A stretch of DNA of 63,030 bases, filler included, from Licmophora abbreviata (Eukaryota): the NCBI GenBank assembly GCA_900291995.1. It is 11 parts of 11 records of this genome, joined end to end, with 100 filler letters (N's around TTAATTAATTAA, not from the genome) between each part and the next. Parts side by side here need not be neighbours in the genome. Positions count along the whole stretch, not along the records: positions 21,030 to 31,329 come from OLMU01004872.1; positions 31,430 to 32,603 come from OLMU01004873.1; positions 32,704 to 36,116 come from OLMU01004874.1; 8 more parts are not named here. The stretch is one strand, 5' to 3'. A program made the position numbers and the translations under genes. The notes beneath the pieces were generated by a model. The model was given only the letters and a program-made list of their open reading frames with translations. It had not been told where the DNA came from and did no database searches. Every line of letters starts with the position of its first letter. Within the stretch, counting starts at the first letter, position 1. This document shows, one piece after another, positions 23,537 to 35,123 of this stretch.

Positions 23537-24518
23537 ATGATATCATTTCGCAGCACCCCTCAAATATATGCGGCCGCAGCCGCTGTCACGGCTCTTACGA
23601 CGATGCACCCCACTCAAGCCTTCGTCGTAAGCGCTCCGCAGACTTCATCATTTAGTCCAGACATGTCGTTGCGACTTTCCGGGAGTAACTGGAATGGTGA
23701 AGTCGTTTCTAACACGGCTGATGGTCGAATACGGGGGTGTACAGTGCAGACTGTCGGCGACTCCATTACGGACTGGATCATCACAATCGACGGGTAAGTA
23801 TCAAAATATATACATGGCTCCGGTTTCGCTCCTTTCCCACTAACTCTGACAACTCTTTACTGATCTACTTTTGATATGGCAGCGAAGAGGCGGATTTGGG
23901 AAAGTTCAGCGACGCCATTTACCGAAAGCTCACAGCAGATGCCAAGCAGCAGCGATTCCAGGGGTTCCGTCCGGGTACCATTCCTCCCCATCTTGAGCCA
24001 ACGTATCGCGCCTTTGCCATGGACGAATGTGCTAGGGAGGCTACGCTGGAAGCGATGCAGCAAAACAACATTCGTCCCTTTGAGGATGCCCGGATGGAGC
24101 TTGAAATTTCCGACGTATCGATTCCCCCACCCATCAAGAAGAAAAAGAAAAAGAAGGGTAGTCGAAAGAAGCAACCAGTCGAAACTGAAGTGCCTATCTC
24201 CGATGTAGAGGTGGAACCAGCCTGGCAAACATTTGAAAACATGAAAGCAGCTATCGATGCTGGATGGAAGGTGAGATCATCTAGCTTCTCCACACCCTTG
24301 ATCTGTGATACTCGTTCTTTGGCATTTCGTCGAAACTCTACTAGCGAGTGCTAACGCTTGTCTACTTGTTTGCTTCATAGCCTGGACAAACATTTAGCTT
24401 CATTGCTAAGAATATCAAGGGCCAGAAGCTCAAGGATGAAGACGTCAGCGAGGCGAAGCCGCTGGGGACAGCCGCATTCAACTTTGACCAGATTGCAAAG
24501 TCTGGTGGTACATCGTAG
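23537..24518 (+). CDS. plastid-targeted protein with trigger-factor ribosome-binding (N-terminal)-like domain, 3 exons
   Basis: Exons 23537-23793, 23883-24270 and 24381-24518. Signal peptide ending TQA-FVV, and FQGFRPGTIP matching the GFRxGxxP trigger-factor signature. Confidence 0.75.
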
Positions 24519-25029
24519 GAAGTCCGTTAAAGATCAATTTACGTGAGCTATTGGTACACCCTAAGGGTTCTGCATAAAAATAGCAACCTGTCACACTCAT
24601 CGTCGGATGGCAGGCTCCTGTGACTCAACTCAGGATACTCCTGGTTCTGACTTGCGACTTTTTTGTCACGATTGAATTTCGGCGAAGAAGCTGGTCAGAT
24701 CTGTAACTCAGCCCCCCGATAGGTAACGTGTGCATTCTAACGTCAAAGAAGTCAAGAACGCTCGATGAATGTGTCTTAACAAGCCTATCATAATTTTGCC
24801 AGACTGCCCCCCGTGTGGCATCTTTGGGACTCGACCCATGTCGAGACAAAATAGCTAGCCAAAGCGTGACTCACATGGAAAAATCCTAATGTGTAATGTT
24901 TTCAAAGGTGTACACTTCATATGCCTCCTTCCTTTAATTAGGATTGAGTCGTGGGACTGGAAAGGAGTGTTCGGAGAATATTGAGTAAATAGCTCTGAGG
25001 ATACTATAACAGTCAAAACCTCTATCAGC

Positions 25030-25212
25030 ATGTACGGGGCCGAAGTGTTTGTAAGGCGCCCAACGCCTCTCATCTCAGTACACAAACGACAGCCACGAAA
25101 GCGCGCCACGATACTCACCGCAAAGTCCCTTCTTTGCATCGCCATCATTTTCTTGATCATTTTGCCATTGGTTTTGCTGTCCACGGTGCTCCACGATCGT
25201 GTGACACATTGA
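25030..25212 (+). CDS. possible 60-aa single-pass membrane microprotein or uORF
   Basis: ATG-initiated ORF with a basic stretch then LLCIAIIFLIILPLVLL. AATAAA lies at 25213-25218 directly after the stop. Confidence 0.3.
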   Translation: MYGAEVFVRRPTPLISVHKRQPRKRATILTAKSLLCIAIIFLIILPLVLLSTVLHDRVTH

Positions 25213-25397
25213 AATAAATCGTGTGCTACCACGTTTTGTGTGCTTCATCGGAGATTGGAACAAAAAACACCGTGTGCATCCCCACAGAGTGTCTTCAACC
25301 ATCCAGTAGTCACATAGTCCAGTACCGTGTTCTTGTTGTCTTCGATGGCCATGAATCGGAGCTTTGCCTTGTGTGTGTAAGCAAGTGAATCTGAGTG

Positions 25398-28295
25398 ATG
25401 CCTTCTCAATCATGGGATGGATCCTGGTCCTGTGACTTTTGTGGAATGCCTGGGTTTCGTTGCGCGGAGGACGCAGCGGAGCACCAACGGGAAGAATGTC
25501 AGCAGCCGAATCGGAAGCGCCTGCGCCCGGCGTCACCTCAAAATGTATCAAACGGGATGGATTCCGTGCCAAGGACCAACGAAATCCTTCGACACAATGC
25601 TGACTATTCACCACAGAGCATGCGACAGATTCTTCTTTTGGGACCACAAGAAAGTCATGCTATGGCTCAGGCCGATGCTACCGCCTGTCAGAACATGGAG
25701 CTCTTTGAAGCGACGCAGGAACACATGAGTGAACGTGACGCATCTGGCTCTTCTGTCATCGTACCCGGGCTGGTCGGAATTCGATGTATTCACTGTGTCC
25801 GCACACCGTTGTCGGCGATGGGTAAGCGATGGGTGTTTCCACACAGTGTGTTTGCAGTCGGATCGGGAGTCCGTGCTGTCGCCGAGCGCCACATGCTGCA
25901 ATGTCCGTTGGTGCCGCGGCATGTGCAAGAAACTATAGAGCGAACCGTTGCAGCAAAAAGGCTCGGCCATCTTGACGACGAGGAAAGACGTCGCAAGGCC
26001 TTGCTTGATCATTGTACAATGGTGTGTCAGCAGGTGGGAATCGTCGATCGATACCCTCCAGATTCTGGGATTGTCTTTCTCGATGGTAACCGGAGAGCGG
26101 GACCTATCGAGACAAACTCATTCGATCCCGTGGCGTTTCCAGAGAGTAGAGCTGGTCTGGAGGTGTCACCGATTGCAGAAACCTCGTTCATCGACGATCC
26201 GAATCAGCACCATCAGCGTCGCGAGGGACGGATAGCGACTGATCGGTTTGCAATGGAGGGCCGTCGAGAGTCCTATCCTTCACCCAATGAGAGCGTTCCT
26301 CAGTTTGGACCAGTGCATGGAGGACCCCCACCTGGGTTCCCTGGATATCCAGCGTATTCTGGTCCACCGCCGATGCAAATGCCTATGCAACCTCAGCCTG
26401 GGTATCCTTTCTACCAGGCTCCGGATGGATCGTGGGAGTGCCGGTACTGCAGCATGATTCACCCTCACCACCGTGATCAAGGGTCGATATGGAAAGCAAC
26501 AAATCCTCCCCATGGAGATTTCATCGATTCTCACATGGCTGTCTGTCGATTCTACAATGAAAGCATCCAAGGCTCCATACAGCCCCCCTTTCCTGGAATT
26601 GGACATCCAGGCCAACCAATGCCGCACGACTATCCCTACGGCGGACCTTCTTTACCGCAGCACCAGCAGTCTCCATATGGTGCTCCTCTATCACCGACGC
26701 GTGGTCAGCCGCCGCCGGGTTGGACCAGTTCACCAGGCCCTACCGTTCACCAATCGCCATATCATGTACCACAGCCACAGGCCGCTCACGCATTCATGTC
26801 TCCAGTCTCACCCCACTATCCAGCATTCCATCATGGCCAGGATGCGGTTGCTATGGCAAATCCCCTGCACCATGAGGATCTCCTACCACACGGTGTGCTC
26901 TCTCCGGCATCTACGTCGATGGCGGCTTCCTCCGACCACGTGGCGCGCCAGGCTATCGACTACCTCACGTCGATCAACCCCCCTCCGACACACGACGCGA
27001 CGAACAGTCATGGTCAAGCCGTAGAGGAGGAACTTGTATTGGAAGAAGACAGGATGCTTCTGACTGACTACTTTTACCACATTATGAAACAGCTCGGTGT
27101 ATGTCGCTTTACAGAGGCGGATCGCAAGACGAGAGGTGGAAAGCGAGAGAACATTGCCGTTGGTTACGGTGGCTTGCAGTGTATTCATTGCGCAAATGCG
27201 CCTAATGCTCGCAAATTCTATTGGAGCAATGTCGATCGATTGGCTAACAGCTTCGCAGAGATTCCTGGTCATATTCTTAAGTGTCGCCGTTGTCCAGTTC
27301 AGACGAAGGGTGCGCTACGAGAACTCAAGACGCGCCACGCTGATCAAATGTCACGACTGCCACGAGGCTCCCAGAAAGTATTCTTTCGTCGCATGTGGAG
27401 GCGACTACACGACAAGGATCCAATACCAACGGGGGTTGCTTTGAAGCAAGGAGCTGCTGAAGAGACTGGGCATCCAGTGAGTGTGACCACGACGACGCAA
27501 GGGACATTCCAACCGACTGATACGAACAGCTCATCGCAAGGTCTCTCTCCCAGTACCAGTGGCGAAGAAAGTGCCTTTCTCATTGAACGTTCCACTGAAG
27601 AGGCCGCTAAGGCACTTGCGTTATCTGTATCGAGTACGGCATCGTCACCGCCATCACCGTCGTCTCGGATCCTGCTTGCCATAGCAGAAGACAAGGAGTG
27701 GCTCTCGGACATGGATTGTTTTGTTCGGCGCACCCTCGAAGTGTTTTGTGCCACCGTCGACGATGTTGACGTGAACCGTGAAGAACGCAAGTATCCAATC
27801 CAGCAGGGACAAGTCGGCATTCGTTGCATTCATTGCGCCATTGCCAATGGGCGTCGAGGCGTACGTGGTGGCGCCTTGCGCTTTCCCTATTCGATTGGCA
27901 ACATTTACGAATCGGTTCGTGAATTTCAAAGACTGCACCTTGAGACATGTCCGAATCTTCCCCAAGAACAAAAGACAAAGTTGCAGTCGTTGAAAGGAAC
28001 ATCGTCGTTAACGTCGGTCCTACGCAAGTATTATGTGCTCGCTGCCAAGGCACTTGGTATGTTTGACACGCCAGATGGGATTCGGTCTGGAGCCGAAGCT
28101 GTTCCGTTGGGTTCAAGTGCAGCATTTGCCTTTTCGCCCCAGAGCGATTCAAAGGTGTCGACGGGAATGCGGAACAGCAACGATGGGTCTCCGCTGATGG
28201 CAATGGAAATCACGAAATCTCCGCAGGATGTCGCTCCTACTCCTCATGAACGACCTTCGTCTGCTGAGTCCAATACCAGCGTGAAAATAGAATAG
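25398..28295 (+). CDS. large protein with three Cys/His (G.RC.HC) putative zinc-binding repeats and Pro-rich linker
   Basis: 965-codon intronless ORF. Repeats GLVGIRCIHC..HMLQC, GYGGLQCIHC..HILKC and GQVGIRCIHC..HLETC, plus WSCDFC and WECRYC..HMAVC motifs. Confidence 0.85.
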   Translation: MPSQSWDGSWSCDFCGMPGFRCAEDAAEHQREECQQPNRKRLRPASPQNVSNGMDSVPRTNEILRHNADYSPQSMRQILLLGPQESHAMAQADATACQNMELFEATQEHMSERDASGSSVIVPGLVGIRCIHCVRTPLSAMGKRWVFPHSVFAVGSGVRAVAERHMLQCPLVPRHVQETIERTVAAKRLGHLDDEERRRKALLDHCTMVCQQVGIVDRYPPDSGIVFLDGNRRAGPIETNSFDPVAFPESRAGLEVSPIAETSFIDDPNQHHQRREGRIATDRFAMEGRRESYPSPNESVPQFGPVHGGPPPGFPGYPAYSGPPPMQMPMQPQPGYPFYQAPDGSWECRYCSMIHPHHRDQGSIWKATNPPHGDFIDSHMAVCRFYNESIQGSIQPPFPGIGHPGQPMPHDYPYGGPSLPQHQQSPYGAPLSPTRGQPPPGWTSSPGPTVHQSPYHVPQPQAAHAFMSPVSPHYPAFHHGQDAVAMANPLHHEDLLPHGVLSPASTSMAASSDHVARQAIDYLTSINPPPTHDATNSHGQAVEEELVLEEDRMLLTDYFYHIMKQLGVCRFTEADRKTRGGKRENIAVGYGGLQCIHCANAPNARKFYWSNVDRLANSFAEIPGHILKCRRCPVQTKGALRELKTRHADQMSRLPRGSQKVFFRRMWRRLHDKDPIPTGVALKQGAAEETGHPVSVTTTTQGTFQPTDTNSSSQGLSPSTSGEESAFLIERSTEEAAKALALSVSSTASSPPSPSSRILLAIAEDKEWLSDMDCFVRRTLEVFCATVDDVDVNREERKYPIQQGQVGIRCIHCAIANGRRGVRGGALRFPYSIGNIYESVREFQRLHLETCPNLPQEQKTKLQSLKGTSSLTSVLRKYYVLAAKALGMFDTPDGIRSGAEAVPLGSSAAFAFSPQSDSKVSTGMRNSNDGSPLMAMEITKSPQDVAPTPHERPSSAESNTSVKIE

Positions 28296-28624
28296 AACGT
28301 ACACACAGTACCGTCGCCACAATACGGGCACTACGAACGTGGCGACCAGGGGAACAAGGGACAGATACCTAGTGTGCTTATTTTAAGTGTGCACAGTGAG
28401 TCTGTGATATCAGTTGTCGACTGGAGATTAGTGTTGTGTGGTTGCCTTGCTTATATATGACTCGGCTGGCGCACTACAGTATTCTAAACTAGTCTGTGGG
28501 AAAAGTATGCACTGCAGCTTTTGTCTTTGTAGAACAGAACAATCTCGACACTTGACATGTCTATTTTCACATTGATTCGTTCCGAAACGATTCCACTACT
28601 CACGACTTGCCTTTTGCTATCTCA

Positions 28625-29102
28625 CTAGACCGCCGCTCGCGACGGTTCCAATGACACTCCTGTGGGTCCACTCGGAGTCCGACCAGAGGCTCCCAGTTCG
28701 ACGGACATTTCAAATAGATTTACTTCTCCTTCTGAGTTGAGCTGACATTGAACAGGCTTATCCTTTGCTACCTGAATGTGCTTCTGCGACATAGAATGAA
28801 TGAAACGACGCGTGTGCGTGCTGGGGTGAGAAATACATCTCTTCATCCTACACGACCAACGACCACCCAAAAGAAAAGAATTTACTCAGTGTTCTTTTGC
28901 TCACCTGCACAACTTTCAAGACATCTTGCTGCAAGGCGTTCATATCTACGCCCGAAAGGAGTTCGGATCCTCGTTGCGATGCGAGAATGACGCTCAGTCG
29001 ATCTCGAGCCGTGGAGCGAGCGGATGATGTCGTCGCACTGACGACGGCTTGTGGCTGCGTCTGCTGACCCAGCATGCGACCAATCTTGTTGATGAATGAC
29101 AT
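28625..29102 (-). CDS. minE: MinE-like division topological specificity factor, 2 exons
   Basis: Exons 29102-28905 and 28783-28625. STARDRLSVILASQR..LQQDVLKVVQKHI..LFEMSVEL aligns by eye to bacterial MinE (AKERLQIIVAERR..LRKDILEVICKYV..LELNVTL). Confidence 0.85.
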
Positions 29103-29420
29103 GGCCAAGATGGATAGAGAGGCAGACAGAGATGATCCAAGGAGAACGCTTCACAGAGAGAGAGAGAGAGAAAAGATGACGATCAACGCAGCAACGCCGG
29201 CGCCGTCTCTCATCCGCCGATCACTTTTTTTGGCGCGCCATCACATCATCGAGCTCCATCATCACTCTGATGGAGTTTCCCCATTTGTAGCTCGTGATAC
29301 AGGGGAACATTAATGTTATCGGATCTGTCACCGATGTGCTTTGCAGACTAATCTATGGGACGATACATCAGCACAACTTATGTGTATCATTTGGGAAAAT
29401 TTAGCATCTAGCAACCTTCT

Positions 29421-30512
29421 TCACTGAAAGAACTGTGAGAAAGGTGATTTGGCCGTTGCTCTTGACCGTATCAGTTTGCCAAGCTCGTCCAAAACAGTAC
29501 CGTGCCATCGATCGAGCACATTGTCGGCACCATACCACTGATCAGGAGCATTGATTGAATGGAAAACATTGTCAAGGTCCAGCTGTACATAGAGAACAGG
29601 TGGAGTGGCACGCGACCAAAATCTCTTGTCAGCATAAAAACTCCCAGAGCACGTCAAATCACACGCATATCTTTCGACGATTCATACCTGAACAGCATCT
29701 TCTACATGAGCTGCGCATAGTGGAACGACTCCATCGCCTGCAGAGTTTCCCTCGCCGCACACAGCCTCGTACGACTGATAGGCGAAGCCGTCTCTCGAGG
29801 TTGGCTCGAACGGTGAATTGCACTCCTGCTTTTTACCGGTCACTGCATTCCCAATGACCGTCACGTAGAACATAGAAGGTGAATGATAAGCGCCTGGAAA
29901 CATTTCATTAGTTATCCGAAGTGCCCCTCGCGTCATGTCCATAACGCCCGGAGGAGGAGGACGATTGGGTGCTCCGAGCGTTACAATACCCAAGACCTTG
30001 CTCAGATCGACGGACTGTCCTTCTTCTGCGTCTGGTTGACTACCAAATCCCACAGCGGCACGAGCCAACCAGCCCCCCGCCGAGTGTCCCAGCAATATCG
30101 CAGATTCGTCCTCTCCCAAGGCTTCCACGCGATCCGAAATGCGCTCCAAATACCAAGCAAATGCAGGTTTGGTGGGCGCTGCCTCTGCTTTCCAAAAGTC
30201 CAAATCAAAGAGCCCTCGCAAAAACACCTGTAGCCAATCGCTGCGTTTTACGTCCAATACATCAATCTGCGATGCGTCCCACCCCCTTCGTACTAGCGAC
30301 GACACCAGCGACCCGTCCATGGTATAGTCTTCCGAGGCATTGCCGAATCCTGGCAGAATCAAAATGCGACATGATTTGGGAATGTTGCGGATTTGGTTGG
30401 CGGCAGTAGCGGGAACATTGAGGGAGTTCCAAAAGGAAAATGCATGTGAGGGTGTCGACAGGCAGGCTGCAAATAGGAGACAGAGAGCGGAGCGGCGCTT
30501 GGTCCCCATCAT
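29421..30512 (-). CDS. plastid-targeted lipase/PGAP1-like alpha/beta hydrolase, 2 exons
   Basis: Exons 30512-29688 and 29582-29421. Signal peptide ending SHA-FSF; LILPGFG, GHSAGG, VTLGAP, GDGVVP, VFHS..WYG. Confidence 0.85.
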
Positions 30513-30885
30513 CGTCGCGTCGCTTGATGCTGTTGAGGTCAAAAGTGCGGAGTGTGTGCAAGGGTCGAGTTAGAAGCATGAAAAAGGGCGCGCCGGCGGA
30601 TAGCTGAGTCAGACCTCGTAATATACCACACACGTACGTAAGAAGCGAGGTCCAGAAGGAGAAACGCAGCCTTGCTAACGATTCATTCTCAACTGTTAGC
30701 AGGGTTCATCCATATAGGCTGTTCAGGCTCCTAGCACTAGACTTATTGCCCTAGCGAGTCTATTTATGTCTAACTTATGTGCCTGTGACATATCGAGCAG
30801 GCAGACGCAGTGATGGCTTCAGTAATCAGAATAATCCATTGTCTGATGCCGCCGACCCATTCACGGCTCTAACCCAATTTCCAAA

Positions 30886-31612
30886 TTAGTATCGTCCCAG
30901 CATTGCGTCGAGAAAGCTTCCTCCAGTTCTTTCGTGAAAGATATTATAAAAAGCATTTGCCACAAACACCCAAAAGACTCCCGGAACTGCCAGCCACATT
31001 GCGTTCACAAGTTGATTGCGAATCGAAAGTAGACCCACTTCTTCGGGAGTTACCACTACAGGCTCATCGTGATGTACCGGTGAGTAGAGAGTGATAAATC
31101 GATCGTACCCCGCGGGAACAGGTTCCTCCATATTCGAAAGGGCCACTTTCTCTACTTGGTTTTTGTCCGTGTTGAATCGTTGTGCATAAATAGATTGAAG
31201 TTCGTAGCCTTGGTTTGCAAAGATCCCCGAAGATTCGATATCTCGTTGACACACGACCGTGTCGCCCGCTTCTATGGTTTTATTCCATTGCAAACTACGA
31301 GGGTCACTGCGTGCCAGAGTATTGCGCTCNNNNNNNNNNNNNNNNNNNNNNNNNNNNNNNNNNNNNNNNNNNNTTAATTAATTAANNNNNNNNNNNNNNN
31401 NNNNNNNNNNNNNNNNNNNNNNNNNNNNNGTCGTCCTTTGACATGCGGACGATCGGTTCACTGTTGCGACACTGAGCAGTAGACGATCGCGGAAAATGCC
31501 ACCGTGGAGGATGACGATTCGGAATAATGATGCTAAAGGCATCGCAGGCGACGGAAGCAACGCATGCGAAAGTCACTAGAACAAGCCATTTCTCCATCTT
31601 GTGAGTCTTCAT
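30886..31612 (-). CDS. uncharacterised putative plastid membrane protein, interrupted by a spacer
   Basis: N-terminal part has a signal peptide ending CDA-FSII. C-terminal part 31329-30886 is open and has a TM helix near the end. Confidence 0.65.
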
Positions 31613-31938
31613 CCGCCGGGGCTGCCTTGTGGTACAGCGGCGTTGGGGTGATAGAGTATAACCTTCTATGGTTGTCACTCTCGTCGCACGTCGCCGTTGC
31701 CTTTGAATGTAGGTTTGAAGCGCGTTTTTTTCACAATCTTATGCCCAGAGCTCGTGTCTCGCCAAACGTCATTGTAAACTACCAAAACGTTACGAGCTCC
31801 GTCTCTGGTAACATCATGATCATCACGAAACATTCGACATCGCGCATCTCTCGAGACTAATGTCGTCATTGTGTTCGCGGCTTGACGCGGATGAACCATA
31901 TCTGATACTCTATCGTCAGAGTTCTCCAATCGACATCG

Positions 31939-33273
31939 ATGAGGCGGCTGCGTGGACACGGTCTTTTGGCATTGATAGCGTTCCGGTGGCATTTGACAGC
32001 CTCGTTCCTTCACCAGCACCATCACGCGTCGACATTGTATTACTCACGTCACACGTACAGCTGCGACGACGAGACCTTTTTTCGGGAGGAACGACATTCT
32101 CTGATTTCAATGTCATCACCGCCCGGCAAGGATTCGTCGACGACGACCTTTGACTCTTCGGAAGCGACTCCGCGGTCATCCTTGGGCCGACCCTGTGCGA
32201 TTCACAATTTTCGACCAGCCGCCGGCCTCTCCTCCCGCATTTACCGTTGCGCCTCTACGGACGGATTGGCGGACGTAGTAACAGCGGGGGGCACTACGAT
32301 TACACTTCACGAGGCCGAACGAAAAGTACTATACGAGACAGGTCTGGTTCTGGATTTGAGATCTCCAAGCGAACGTGATGGTGGACGAGCTGCCAAGTGG
32401 GGTGCTCAGGCGAAGTTTGTCACTCGAGACGCCGCCGTAGTATCATCCGCCGGCATCAGTGATGATCCAGGTGAAATGTCCGACTCGAGCAGTACCGTAA
32501 AGCAGATCGTACGAATCGATATCTTGTCCCCGCAGCGCTTCTTTCGCTATGCCGATGAGAACTTTCTGACTCCCACCCAAAAGGCGCTCTCAAAGCTCTA
32601 CATNNNNNNNNNNNNNNNNNNNNNNNNNNNNNNNNNNNNNNNNNNNNTTAATTAATTAANNNNNNNNNNNNNNNNNNNNNNNNNNNNNNNNNNNNNNNNN
32701 NNNGCACTGAACGAACGGGGTCTGAGCGGTTTGAACGAAGTTATACTTGAGACAGGTGGAAAGGAACTTTGCTTGGGACTCCAAGAGATCACGCTGCAGT
32801 TGGAACGTGACAGCGCGCTCGACGTCGTTGTGCACTGTGTGCAGGGCAAAGATCGGTGAGTGTTGCGTTTCCAACATGAGGAGCGAGGCGGGTCCTGCAT
32901 GCATGTGCGGAAGTGACTTATTATTGCAATCTTATCCTTTTTTCCAAATAGAACAGGCATGCTGGTAATGCTGTGTCAGGCCGTGGTGGGATTAGGCGAT
33001 GAGGAAATCATCGCCGATTACCACAAGTCGAACCAGATGACATTCGGATCTGCGGCAGCAGGCGACGTGGTGATGCCACCCCGTCGTCGTCGAGGAAAGC
33101 TGGATAGGACTGTCTTCTCGGGCGCACCCGTGCAGGCCATGGTAGATACACTTCATATGCTTCGTAGCCAGTACGGATCGATTGATGAATACCTCGATCG
33201 TATCGGCTTCGGAATGGGTTGGCGAGATCGATTCCGAAGACAGATAGGGTCGGATAGTCGAAGTCGACTGTAA
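31939..33273 (+). CDS. protein-tyrosine/lipid phosphatase (Y_phosphatase3/IphP-like), spans a spacer, at least 1 intron
   Basis: HNFR..IYRCA, LVLDLRSPSE, P-loop VVHCVQGKDRTG formed across intron 32856-32951, IIADYHKS, YGSIDEYLDRIG. Confidence 0.88.
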
Positions 33274-33403
33274 CAGCTTTACTAGCAACGTTGGGCAAAC
33301 ACATAAGATCTATAGGATTAATGACAAGTTTACACTCAGGGTTGAAACTTTCTCCGCAGCTAGAAAAGTATCAGCCTGTAAAACGTTCAATTCTCGACAC
33401 TAG

Positions 33404-34733
33404 CTAACCTGCCGCGAACTGTTTCCTCTCCATCTCAATTTCGGTCAAATACCTTTCGCCTCGATCAATGAATGCCATGGCAGCCGACGGGTATCTGTTG
33501 ATGTTGTTGATGTTTGGGTTCTGCAACTTGCTCTTCATTGTGTCGGGCGTTGCCGATGCCCACATTCGGGCCATGAAGAAGCGGAGGTAATCGACAAGCG
33601 CAAGCTTGTAGTGTCGGAGAGCGACGTCTTTCGGATAGTCATCCCCGACACCCAATGCTACCAGATAATGCTCAACGAGTTCCATTTCTCCATCTCGTCC
33701 CGCACCAGTCGGATGCTTCGCGGCAAGGTCCTCGGGCATGACGGCATGGTGAATGTGCATGGCAACGTCCATCATTGGGTTCCCAACACCAGACGAGGCA
33801 AAGTCAACAAGTTTTGTCAGACCCATTTCGATTCAACAAGATATTCATTGCCTTGTAATCGCCGTGCACAAGTGTAGCATATTGATCCGTGGGAGATGGA
33901 GATAATCTTTGCGAAACATAGGCGGCGTTGTGCTTCAGTCGCGTGGCCAAGGTGGCAGAGCGTTCCCACAATGTTCCATCCTCAAAGGCAAAAAGGTCTT
34001 CCCGAAAGGCTTGACGAAAGTTCTCCCACGCCCCTTCTATCCCCGCAAGTTCCTTTGGATTTCGTAACTTCAAATGAAAGGATGGAGACGACAATTGTTC
34101 CTCCGCTCGCGTCAAGAGTGCTACATCTTCCCATGCCACCTTGTGCAAGGCGGCCACTGCCGTCAAGCACTGTTTGCACTGTTCCATCGTCAATGGCGAA
34201 GCTTGATAGAAGTCGTGCGATTGAAGCAACTCCAACACGAGCAGCCCTCCCTTACCCTTGCACTCTTGCGGTGTGGGCATGTCATCCTCCTTCTCAGACG
34301 ATGCGGGGAGGATGACGTGCTCGTCCTCATTTATCAACCCGTCCAACGTGTAGTTTGCATAGTAAACCTTTGGCAGTATGATTGTTGAGTACTCGTCGTG
34401 CTGCGCGTTTCGATAAAAGCGCACTTCCGTGCGTATATAGAGCAGGGCCCTCCGCAAGTCGTGCCAGTCTTTCTTGGTGGTACAATAGACGGCCGCGTCC
34501 ACGTGCTTGACAAAGACTTGCATGCCACCATTGGGATGGTTCTTAGTATTATTTTTCGTTGGACCGAAGACGAGCTGACATCGATAGCCCACCGCAGAGG
34601 TCTGGACAATGGGGTCTCCGAGAACTTGAACGTGTTGGAGTCCTGGAAAGACTGGTTGCAGAAGGGTCAGCAGGTTCGCGGTCTCGGATGAAGTCTCATC
34701 TGTATCAGGTGATGGACTCGTCGTCGTCGTCAT
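33404..34733 (-). pseudogene. ecdysteroid-kinase-like/APH-fold kinase split by an apparent frameshift near 33810
   Basis: ORF 34733-33804 has EVRFY and TLVHGDYKAMN. The following LVDF..G.GNPMMDVA motif is in the +1 frame (ORF ending 33404), with no GT-AG intron between. Could be an assembly indel. Confidence 0.6.
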
Positions 34734-35123
34734 GACGAAAGATTGCGTGAAAGACTTGTACTTTCTTAAGTAAAGAATCTATCGTGTTGTCGTGTGTATG
34801 CAGCTACCGGTATTACAAGATCGCCATGAGTATATCCATCCTCGTCCCGTCGTTGATGTGCCGTTGTGATGTCGTGGCGCCATTTTTTATTTTCAAAAAT
34901 CCAACCCAATTTTCAATTTTGGCTGCGACGAGGTCTATCACAATCCGTATAGAGAGCTCGAAACCCAATTATTGTCGCGACGCGAGCACGAGAGAGACGG
35001 CGCGGCGACGAGACTTTTTTGTTTCATCCCGACCATGATGATGATGCTGTGGTCTCATCACATCATTCATCGCGTCGTCTCCTATAAATCCCCTCCTCGT
35101 CCTCCTTCTTGTCCATTGCCCCT

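Noticed and set aside
29154..29172. (GA)n microsatellite upstream of MinE, with similar short runs near 41395 and 45800
   Set aside because: Ordinary short simple repeats.
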